In this document: one piece after another, positions 56,430 to 64,000 of the stretch
Layout of the letters: the number at the start of each line of letters is the position of its first letter
Position numbering within the stretch: position 1 is the first letter of the stretch
Assembly (NCBI GenBank): GCA_017881245.1
Contig: JADGRC010000073.1
Location: forward strand, 2,500 to 66,499
Reading direction: 5' to 3'
Source: Pseudomonadota bacterium
GTDB taxonomy: Bacteria; Myxococcota_A; Polyangia; Fen-1088
Length of the DNA: 64,000 nt
The notes under the pieces: generated by a model
The model's input: the letters and a program-made list of their open reading frames with translations, nothing else
Databases searched by the model: none
Told to the model about the DNA's origin: nothing
Translations under genes and position numbers: made by a program

Positions 56430-57536
56430 TCAGCCGCGGGGCGGAGTTGCTCCAACCCGGTGACCGCCAACTTCGGGATGCTCTGCCAGGGAACCGGGGG
56501 CACGACCGGCGGCCAGGCGGAACCGGGGGCTGCCCGGCCCACCCCACGGTTTGTCGTCCACGAGCCCGGTTCCGTAGCGCTGATGCGTCGTTTGATAACG
56601 GCCCGCCACGACCACGACCCTGTCCGGATACAGATACAGGGCGCCCACCAACCCGACCGCCTCGGCGGGCATCGCGTACGACTGATCTTCGTGCAGCACG
56701 GCGGCGCGCGGTCCAACGACGATGGGAACACGAAGGGCCAAGGCCTCAGGCGTGGTTTTCAACGGACGCAGGCGCTGCCGCTCCTCGGCCAACAAAACAG
56801 CAGGGGTTTGGTTATCGAGCTGGGCACCCTCCACGGAAACGGTGTTGTTGGTTTTCGCGACCCAGTCCTTAAGTTGGCGCTCGAGATCGACTTCGCCCGC
56901 AAAAGAGCGGTCTTTGAAGAAGCTGTTCTTGACCCAGTTTCCAAGGTTGGTCCCGAATCCGCGATCCGCGCCGCGGCGTGCCCGCACTTCCACCCCCAGG
57001 CCAAGTTGGATGGCCGCGTACGCGAAGGACGGATCCCATTCAAGGACCTGTCCATCCGCATCGGTTCTGGTGGCGACGGGCTTGGACCTATCAAAAGCCG
57101 CCAGCAGAGCAACGCCACCCATCAGTTCATAGTGACGGACCAACGACCGAACCAGAGTCTCGACGCCCTGGTCCGGCATCAGGGACACGTGGGAAAACCG
57201 TGAGTATTCCAGGCGCGAGGCCAGAAATGCGAGGGACCGGGTTTGCCCATCCATGAAACGGACATCGACCTGGCCAAGGCCATGCCGTATGACTTCGCCG
57301 GGAATTTTGTCCTGGTGACCAAGCGGCCGACTCCGCCGAGGTCTCAAACTGGCGATCACCGCGTAAAGAGCGCTTTTGCCGCCATCGTAGCCGGCGGCCT
57401 TTGCCCCGCGAACGATCTCGAGGGATTTCATCTTGGGGTTGGCGAGCAGCAGGTCCACCACAAAAGACCGAAATGGCTGCGCCTTTGAAGGCCTGCCAAC
57501 CCCCCGACCTGAGCTACGCCCTATCTGGGATTCCAT
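56430..57536 (-). CDS. IS21-family IstA transposase homologue with degenerate DDE triad and no istB
   Basis: GYDGGKSALY, PGE..RHGLG.VDV, ASRLEYSRF, AFDRSK, NLGNWVKNSFF, TPAVLLAEER..LRPL. Confidence 0.8.
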   Translation of the reverse strand: MESQIGRSSGRGVGRPSKAQPFRSFVVDLLLANPKMKSLEIVRGAKAAGYDGGKSALYAVIASLRPRRSRPLGHQDKIPGEVIRHGLGQVDVRFMDGQTRSLAFLASRLEYSRFSHVSLMPDQGVETLVRSLVRHYELMGGVALLAAFDRSKPVATRTDADGQVLEWDPSFAYAAIQLGLGVEVRARRGADRGFGTNLGNWVKNSFFKDRSFAGEVDLERQLKDWVAKTNNTVSVEGAQLDNQTPAVLLAEERQRLRPLKTTPEALALRVPIVVGPRAAVLHEDQSYAMPAEAVGLVGALYLYPDRVVVVAGRYQTTHQRYGTGLVDDKPWGGPGSPRFRLAAGRAPGSLAEHPEVGGHRVGATPPRG

Positions 57537-57546
57537 GTCGTCGCCC

Positions 57547-57587
57547 TACACGCAAAACCTGATGTCATACACGCAAAACCTGATGTC
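57547..57587. repeat. Perfect 20-bp direct repeat x2 (21-bp period)
   Basis: TACACGCAAAACCTGATGTC at 57547-57566 and 57568-57587. Confidence 0.95.
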
Positions 57588-57670
57588 TTTTGCCCGCGAT
57601 TGTTCGTCCCGTCAAGTACTTTCTGCCTGACTACTCTCGCCCCTGAACGGGTTTGTGAAACGCGATGCGT

Positions 57671-58747
57671 CTAGGCGTCGTGTAGCGGCGAGAGAGCTAA
57701 ATCACGGCGTGCGTCCCTACGCTCGACCGCTAGATCGACCAGCCTGTCCACCAGATCGGGAAGCGGCAACCCTGACGCCTCCCACATCTTGGGATACCCA
57801 GAAAGCGAGGTGAATCCGGGCAGGGTGTTCACCTCGTTGACGAAGAGCTCGCCGGTCTTGCGGTCCAGGAAGAAATCGACTCGCGCCATGCTCGAAAGTT
57901 CCAAGGCCCGAAATGTGGCGATGCTGAGCGCGCGGATGCGCTCGATCCGCGCGGCGGTGAGATCGGCGGGAATCTGGAAGACCGCCCCGTTGGGGTCCAC
58001 GTACTTCGCGTCGTAAGAGTAAAAACCATCCTTGTGCGTCAGCACGATTTCGCCCGGTGTGGACGCGATCGGATCGTCGTTGCCCAGCACCGCACACTCG
58101 ATTTCCCGAGCGTCAATGGCCCGTTCCAACAGCACCTTCCGATCGAATCGCAAGGCCGCCATCAGGGCGGGGCCCAAATCACTCGGGCGGGCGACGCGCG
58201 CGACGCCAACCGAAGAGCCGGCGTTGGCGGGTTTGCAGAACAGGGGATAGCCAAGATCGGCCCCCTTCACGAGACACGCGCTCGGGTCACGAGAAAAGTC
58301 GTGCGCCCTTACCAGACGGAAGTCCACGACGGGGATCCCCGCGTCGCGAAGCAGGCGCTTGGCCACTTCCTTGTCCATCCCGATCGCAGAACCCAGCACC
58401 CCGGCACCGACATAGGCCACGTCGGCCAGCTCCAAAAGTCCCTGAACGGTTCCGTCCTCGCCATAGGTCCCGTGCAACATGGGAATGACGACGTCGCCCG
58501 GTCGCAGGATGCCGGTGTCGACGACGGGCGCGCGATCGTCGAGGCGCACGTGACGAGGATCGCCGTGCGCCCCGTCCAACGTGGCGGGAGATTCCAACCT
58601 CCATCGGCCACCCTTGTCGATGCCGACCAGCACCGGTTCGTACCGATCGCGGTCGAGCGCACGGTACACGTTGCGCGCGGAGAGCACGGAGATCTCGTGC
58701 TCGGCGGATCGGCCGCCAAACAGGATGACCAAACGGACGGCGGTCAT
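57671..58747 (-). CDS. ddl: D-alanine--D-alanine ligase
   Basis: FGGRSAEHEIS, LHGTYGEDG, KPANAGSSVG, FYSYDAKY, NEVNTLPGFT. Confidence 0.96.
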   Translation of the reverse strand: MTAVRLVILFGGRSAEHEISVLSARNVYRALDRDRYEPVLVGIDKGGRWRLESPATLDGAHGDPRHVRLDDRAPVVDTGILRPGDVVIPMLHGTYGEDGTVQGLLELADVAYVGAGVLGSAIGMDKEVAKRLLRDAGIPVVDFRLVRAHDFSRDPSACLVKGADLGYPLFCKPANAGSSVGVARVARPSDLGPALMAALRFDRKVLLERAIDAREIECAVLGNDDPIASTPGEIVLTHKDGFYSYDAKYVDPNGAVFQIPADLTAARIERIRALSIATFRALELSSMARVDFFLDRKTGELFVNEVNTLPGFTSLSGYPKMWEASGLPLPDLVDRLVDLAVERRDARRDLALSPLHDA

Positions 58748-60186
58748 TTTTCCCCGAGCACGGCGTGCAAGGGACGATTGAAAGCCCGTATCGCGAGTCC
58801 CGCCCCCACACCGAGGACGGTGAGCAGGAGGAAGAACGCCTCCTTCGGCCAACGGGTGTAAAGCACTCCGATCGCGCCGCTCAGAAAATTTCCGAGGAAG
58901 CTGGAGGCCAGCCACATCCCCATCATCATGGACACGATTCGCGCCGGGGATACCTTGGTGACCAACGACAATCCGATGGGGGAAAGATAGAGTTCACCGA
59001 CCGTCAGAAGCAACACGCACAGCATGGGCCAGGCGGGGCTTCCTTTTCCATCGCCGATGAGCCGCGCGCCCACGATCATCACGATGAAGGACAGGCCGAG
59101 AATCACACAACCAATGGCCATCTTGGTGACGCTGGTGGGCTCCGTGCCTCGACGCGACTGCCGCATCCAAAACATATCCAGCACGGGCGCGAAGAGAATA
59201 ATCATGAGGGGGTTGAACGATTGAAACCAGGTCGATGGAATCTGGAACCCAAATACCTTGGGCCAAACCGTCTGAGAATCCGCCCAGCTTTGCATGGTGT
59301 TACCCTGCTGTTCGTAGACGGCCCAGAACACCACGTTCAACGCGCACAGCAAGATCAGCGCCCCCACGCGCTTTCTTTCGTCGGAATCGAGCGGCTGCTT
59401 CTCGGTTTTGTGGGCCGCCCTTCGCTTGCTGAGATCGTCGGACGCCAGGTGCTTTCCCCCGGCCAAATAGACGGCGAGACCGAGGAGCATACCCACGCCC
59501 GCGGCGGCGAAACCGTAGTGCCAGCCGAAGACTGCGGCCAGAGTGCCGCACACCAAGTTGGAGATGAAAGCGCCGAGGTTGATTCCCATGTAGAAAATGG
59601 TGTAGGCGCCGTCCCGCCGCGGGTCCCCGGGCGGATAGAGCCCCCCGACCTGCGTCGACACGTTGGGTTTGAACGCACCGTTCCCCAAAATGAGCAACAC
59701 CAAGGCGACAAAGAACGAGCTTTCGACCGCCATCACGAAATGGCCGAGGGCCATGAGAACAGCACCCACGATGACGGTCCGCCTCTGACCGAGCCACCGA
59801 TCCGCGAGCAGGCCCCCGAAAAAGGGGGTCGCGTACACGAGCCCGGTGTAGGTGCCGTACAAAATCGATGCGGCCTCGGCCGGATGTTGTGGAAACCATC
59901 CCTGAAGGACGCTCCAGAACAATATGTCGTGCGGATTGCCCGGGACCAAAGCGCAGGGCGGCGCGTTCTGGCGGCAACCCTGCAGCGCCTCGCGCAACGT
60001 GACGAAAAGGTAGTTTGCCATGTAAAGCTTGAGCAAACCCCTCATGCCGTAGTAGCTGAACCGCTCCCACATTTCGGTGAAGAACAGGATCACCAGGCCA
60101 GGAGGATGCCGGAAGCGCTCCTCGAACGCGGTCATCGGAACGGGGCGATCCGTGGAGGTCGAGGCGGGGGTTGAGGACTCAGGCAT
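58744..60186 (-). CDS. POT/PTR proton-dependent oligopeptide transporter
   Basis: EMWERFSYYG, FKPN, FYMGINLG, FQSFNP, GELYLSP. Confidence 0.95.
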   Translation of the reverse strand: MPESSTPASTSTDRPVPMTAFEERFRHPPGLVILFFTEMWERFSYYGMRGLLKLYMANYLFVTLREALQGCRQNAPPCALVPGNPHDILFWSVLQGWFPQHPAEAASILYGTYTGLVYATPFFGGLLADRWLGQRRTVIVGAVLMALGHFVMAVESSFFVALVLLILGNGAFKPNVSTQVGGLYPPGDPRRDGAYTIFYMGINLGAFISNLVCGTLAAVFGWHYGFAAAGVGMLLGLAVYLAGGKHLASDDLSKRRAAHKTEKQPLDSDERKRVGALILLCALNVVFWAVYEQQGNTMQSWADSQTVWPKVFGFQIPSTWFQSFNPLMIILFAPVLDMFWMRQSRRGTEPTSVTKMAIGCVILGLSFIVMIVGARLIGDGKGSPAWPMLCVLLLTVGELYLSPIGLSLVTKVSPARIVSMMMGMWLASSFLGNFLSGAIGVLYTRWPKEAFFLLLTVLGVGAGLAIRAFNRPLHAVLGEK

Positions 60187-60274
60187 CGACAACAAACGTT
60201 ACACCGATGAACGAAGACGGCAAATACCCCAGGGCACAGAACCGGGACAGAGGACTCGCGAGGCTATCGGGTAT

Positions 60275-61456
60275 TCATTTCTTGCCGGGAGCCGCAGCCG
60301 TCGCTGCCCGGGCGTCAACTAGATCTCCGCGCAAGGGGATCGATCCCACCACGCGATTGACCAGCGCCTGCACGTCCTTCGGATCCTCGGCGTCCAGATC
60401 CAAATCCTCGCGCAGATGCCACAGCACGCGTCCGTCGGCGGCATTCACCAGAGTCATGCTCAGGTACATCTGGTCGCCGCCAAACAATTCGTCCTCGTGC
60501 TGAACTTGTCCTTCGTGCGTGTACGCGGGGCCGTCGAGGGGAACCATGAAGCCCACCCCGAAACCGACACCGACATGGGGACCGCCGGAGCCGTAAACCC
60601 GTCTGGGGCCGCCTGCCGCGATTGGCCTCGGCCCCGGTCCGCGGCCCACCGGCGTCGGTCCACGCGTGGCGCCCGCCGCCGACATACCGGGGGCGGGCCC
60701 ACGACCAGCGATGGGTGGTGCGCCGCGCATGGGTGGCGCGGCGACAGAACTGGTATTGCTGCCGCCGTTCCGGCCCGGCTGGCCACCGCCGCGGCCTCCA
60801 CTCTTGCTTTCCGCAAGAACGGCTAAGACGATGAGTGCGATCACGACGACGAAGAAAATGATCTGCGCCGCGCGTTTGCCATCGGATGTGGTGACCCCCT
60901 TGAGGTTGACGTACAGCAGGGAATCCGACCGGGTCGCCCAGCCGATCTTCGCCGCCAAATCGGGAGCGATTATTTCCGCTGTCGTCAGGGATCCCTGTTG
61001 GGCGCCCGCCGGACCGTTGGCGAATTGCAGGATGCTGTTCGCCATTGCCGCCAACTCGTCGCGGCCCACCAAGACCTGCCCGTCCTGACCGACAACACCG
61101 TCCCAACGCGCCGACAAATCCAGATCGTAGCCGCGCTGACGAAACGCCTCCGTGGAGAATTTTACCACCTCGCCGAAGACCGCCTGCCGCAGCGCCTCGG
61201 ATTTCGCGGGATCGTTGTCGCCCACTTGGTCCAACACCATGAACACGTCCGGGGGCAGCAGGGCGATCCGAATCGGCGTGTACGTCCGCGCCGCGAACGA
61301 TGGCTCGATGGCCGGTCTTGGCCCGGTGGCACAGCTCGCCGACCAGGCGGTGACCGCCACCGTGATCGCAAGGCCGGAATGCCGCAACAGGGTGAGCGGG
61401 GAATGCGATGGACGCGATGACACGACGGCCGAGCCTAGCGCAACGTTCAACCTCAC
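60275..61456 (-). CDS. Hypothetical lipoprotein with internal TM helix and Gly/Pro-rich linker
   Basis: SASC lipobox-like; IALLPPD motif. Confidence 0.65.
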   Translation of the reverse strand: MRLNVALGSAVVSSRPSHSPLTLLRHSGLAITVAVTAWSASCATGPRPAIEPSFAARTYTPIRIALLPPDVFMVLDQVGDNDPAKSEALRQAVFGEVVKFSTEAFRQRGYDLDLSARWDGVVGQDGQVLVGRDELAAMANSILQFANGPAGAQQGSLTTAEIIAPDLAAKIGWATRSDSLLYVNLKGVTTSDGKRAAQIIFFVVVIALIVLAVLAESKSGGRGGGQPGRNGGSNTSSVAAPPMRGAPPIAGRGPAPGMSAAGATRGPTPVGRGPGPRPIAAGGPRRVYGSGGPHVGVGFGVGFMVPLDGPAYTHEGQVQHEDELFGGDQMYLSMTLVNAADGRVLWHLREDLDLDAEDPKDVQALVNRVVGSIPLRGDLVDARAATAAAPGKK

Positions 61457-61500
61457 GCGCTAACGCATCTGACGCTGATCGGATTGTATCTCGTTCGTCG

Positions 61501-61646
61501 GGCTCGCCGTTTGGCTTCGAAGCGCGTTCTCAACACGATCCTCACGGGCCCTCTTGGCCATGAGGCGATGGTCACCGGCTCCCCGTTGGCTTCGGGGCGG
61601 ATGCTTAACACGATCTTCACGGGCCCTCCGTCGCCATGAGGCGATG
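61501..61646. repeat. Degenerate ~75-bp tandem duplication in a divergent intergenic region
   Basis: GGCTC.CCGT..GGCTTCG...AACACGATC.TCACGGGCCCTC...GCCATGAGGCGATG twice. Confidence 0.8.
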
Positions 61647-61648
61647 AT

Positions 61649-62494
61649 ATGCTCGGTACTGTCCCCCAAATGACCCGCACGCTTCGTCGAACTCTTCGAT
61701 CTTCCCGTTCGCCGGGCATCGGCGCTGTTGCGCTCGTCATGCTCGTCCTCGCGACCAACGCGGCGCGAGCGAGCAAGCATACTGGGGCGAAGTCATCCAC
61801 GCCCGCGCCCCAAGTTCAGATAGACAAGGCCAAAGTGGACCTCGGCAATCATCGTCTGGAACTGCGAATGTCGCTTCCGCCCGCCGAAGTCGAGATCAAG
61901 GTGCTGGCCGAGTCGGGCGAAGTGCTCGCCGACGAGCGCCACGATTTCACGGGACAACCAGCGGGCGCGGCGCTGACCGTGACATGGAATCCCACCAACC
62001 CCGCCCCCGCCGCGCGCATCGAGCTTCGCGCGCATGATGTGGCGGGTGGATTCGCGGGCGTGGCGATCTTTTCGTGGTCGGTGTCGATTCCCCACGAAGA
62101 GGTCGTTTTTCAAACCGACTCGGCCGAGATTATGGCGTCCGAGCGCCCGAAGCTCGATCAGAGTCTGCAAAGAATCAACGCGGCACTGGCCGCCCACAAG
62201 GATGAATTCGGGCGGCCTACGTTATTCGTCGCGGGACATACCGACACCGTCGGTGCCGACGCGCACAACTTCAAGCTTTCCCAGGCGCGTGCCCAGGCCA
62301 TCTCGCGTTGGTTCAAGAGCCACGGCCTGCGCATTCCAATCGCCTACGAGGGTTTCGGCGAATCCGCGCTGGCCGTCAAGACCGCCGACAACGTCGACGA
62401 GATCCGGAACCGCCGCGTCGACTACATTCTTTCGGTGGAGGAACCGGCCGTTCGGGCCGCGGGTTTTCGCCCGTCCTGGAAACGCACGAACTGA
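61649..62494 (+). CDS. OmpA-family peptidoglycan-binding protein
   Basis: Signal peptide; VAGHTDTVG...NFKLSQARA...NRRVDY. Confidence 0.9.
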   Translation: MLGTVPQMTRTLRRTLRSSRSPGIGAVALVMLVLATNAARASKHTGAKSSTPAPQVQIDKAKVDLGNHRLELRMSLPPAEVEIKVLAESGEVLADERHDFTGQPAGAALTVTWNPTNPAPAARIELRAHDVAGGFAGVAIFSWSVSIPHEEVVFQTDSAEIMASERPKLDQSLQRINAALAAHKDEFGRPTLFVAGHTDTVGADAHNFKLSQARAQAISRWFKSHGLRIPIAYEGFGESALAVKTADNVDEIRNRRVDYILSVEEPAVRAAGFRPSWKRTN

Positions 62495-62509
62495 CGCTGG
62501 CTTGTGCTG

Positions 62510-63964
62510 CTACAGGCAGCGTCCGGTGGACGAATTCAAGGACCACCCGCTCCCGCAAACGCAGCGCAGGCCTTCCGTGCAATGGCCGTGCAAAGACGCA
62601 AGAATTGGATTGTCGTTGCAGGTTTGGTCCTGCCCCGGCGTGCACAAGGGCGGGTTGGTTAGAAATAGGTCGGTCTGGGTAACGCCCGCGATCAGTTCGC
62701 GCAGGTTGAAGCCAGACCTTGCGAACCAGCGGTGGGCGTCGTTGATGGCGGCGCTGTCCTGATCGGTCAGATCCCGGCCGACCGCGTACTCGATCCATTT
62801 GCGGGACATGCAGACCTGCGCCTCGGGCGTCTTCGCCAACACCGCGGCCAGCTGCGGAGCGCCGTCGAAGGTGGCGACGCCACTTTGAAGTCCCACCGTC
62901 TGCCCCGACGCATCGATGACCAACCCATTCTCGGTCGCACGAAATTGACCGATCGGGTCAAAATGTTCGAAAGCAAGCCCAAGGGGATCGAGGTACTGGT
63001 GACAACCTTCACACTGAGGCTGGCTGACGGATTCGGTCAGGCGCTGGCGGGTTGTTGACGGAGTTGGCGTTGCGGGCGGGGGGAGTTGGATGATGACACC
63101 AACTGGCGGCAGAGCTATCGCCTGGCAAAACATTTTTGTCTGGATGAAGGAGCCGCGCAACGAGGGATCGGTGTCAACTGGGTGGGAAGTCCCTGCGAGG
63201 AACGCCGGTTGCGTGAACAGGCCCGCCCGCTCGGTCGGATCGAGCGCGACCCGACGCAGCGCCGTCCCCGTGACGCCGTCGAGACCGTCGAGCTTGTAGA
63301 TACCAGCCAGGGCTTGGTTCACGAACGTGAACGGCGCCGACAGAAGGGTCGCGAACAATCCGTCCCCGTCCAAGGTAACGTACGTTCCAAAGGTTTGGGT
63401 CTCGGTGGCCATCGCCGCCGCCAAATCGGCGGTGAACTGAGGGAACAACACCGGGTCCTTCGGTTGGGCGGTCGCCAGAGTCGCCACGCGGTCAAGGTCC
63501 AGCCACCAGCGATAGAACGCGCCGACTCCGGTCTGGGCGCGGGCGTCGATCAGCATCCGCAACGTCACCTTGCGGAGATCCTCGGCGGTGGCCACCGCGC
63601 CGGAATCGGCCATGCCGAGCAGCGAGGCATCCGGGGCAACTTGCCACAGCAACCGAGCAACGGCGGTCACCGCTTTACGCGCACCCATCGGCAAGGGGCG
63701 CGACGCCGCCGACGTGCCTGAGCCGCCCAATCCGGTGATGCCGCCAGTGCCCGCGCCCGCGCCACCACTGCCGCCCGCGATGATCGTTCCCCCGGAACCA
63801 CCAACGCGCGGAGCCTCACCGCCCGCGCCGCCCGCCCCGGTGCCGCCGGTCCCCAATGTCGATCCGGCATCCAACCTGTCACCCAGCAGATGTCGCTCCC
63901 CATCGCACGCGGCGAGCGCCGCCAGCATCAGCGCGCACCGGGACCAGGTCACATGCGATCTCAT
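62510..63964 (-). CDS. DUF1592/DUF1588/DUF1585 lipoprotein (PSCyt-type) with CxxCH
   Basis: LAAC lipobox, FYRWWL, ERAGLFTQPAFL, PSLRG, TTRQR, CEGCH, FEHFDPIG. Confidence 0.88.
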   Translation of the reverse strand: MRSHVTWSRCALMLAALAACDGERHLLGDRLDAGSTLGTGGTGAGGAGGEAPRVGGSGGTIIAGGSGGAGAGTGGITGLGGSGTSAASRPLPMGARKAVTAVARLLWQVAPDASLLGMADSGAVATAEDLRKVTLRMLIDARAQTGVGAFYRWWLDLDRVATLATAQPKDPVLFPQFTADLAAAMATETQTFGTYVTLDGDGLFATLLSAPFTFVNQALAGIYKLDGLDGVTGTALRRVALDPTERAGLFTQPAFLAGTSHPVDTDPSLRGSFIQTKMFCQAIALPPVGVIIQLPPPATPTPSTTRQRLTESVSQPQCEGCHQYLDPLGLAFEHFDPIGQFRATENGLVIDASGQTVGLQSGVATFDGAPQLAAVLAKTPEAQVCMSRKWIEYAVGRDLTDQDSAAINDAHRWFARSGFNLRELIAGVTQTDLFLTNPPLCTPGQDQTCNDNPILASLHGHCTEGLRCVCGSGWSLNSSTGRCL

Positions 63965-64000
63965 CCAAACCTCCGGGAATCTTGTGCCTAGGTGATGAGT

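Noticed and set aside
56200-57660. Active IS21 insertion sequence
   Set aside because: No istB, degenerate DDE, and no paired terminal inverted repeats or target duplication that I could identify.
61532-61646. Mini-CRISPR (two ~40-bp palindromic repeats with a 36-bp spacer)
   Set aside because: The apparent spacer resembles the sequence preceding the first repeat, so this is a tandem duplication; no cas genes are present.

Overview
A GC-rich bacterial chromosomal segment, almost certainly Myxococcota (Polyangia-like). The signs are MYXO-CTERM-type tails, Gly-rich lipoproteins, eukaryote-like Ser/Thr kinases with PP2C, DUF1592 and PilZ proteins. It mixes housekeeping genes (bcp, pilD, rsfS-rlmH-metK, mtnA, gatCAB, ugd, ddl) with secreted or surface proteins (expansin, GH2, metallophosphoesterase, vWA/MopE-repeat protein, M11-type protease). 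I found no rRNA, tRNA, CRISPR-Cas or prophage. The best leads follow. (1) An intact but apparently catalytically dead, IstB-less IS21 IstA homologue (56430-57536) has a perfect 20-bp tandem direct repeat right upstream. The same core motif recurs as a cluster upstream of the vWA surface-protein gene 21 kb away, suggesting a domesticated transposase acting as a regulator. (2) A B12-dependent radical SAM enzyme is fused to an internal lipoprotein-signal-like segment and an AgmX/PglI-like C-terminal domain. (3) Two ~165-bp hairpin-rich direct repeats bracket a five-gene PilZ/lipid kinase/PP2C block. (4) A sigma54 promoter with tandem upstream sites sits beside a scar of two head-to-head pseudogene fragments. 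(5) An M11-like protease carries a QEXXH motif. All family assignments come from motif recognition by eye, not database searches, and some start codons were re-chosen manually.
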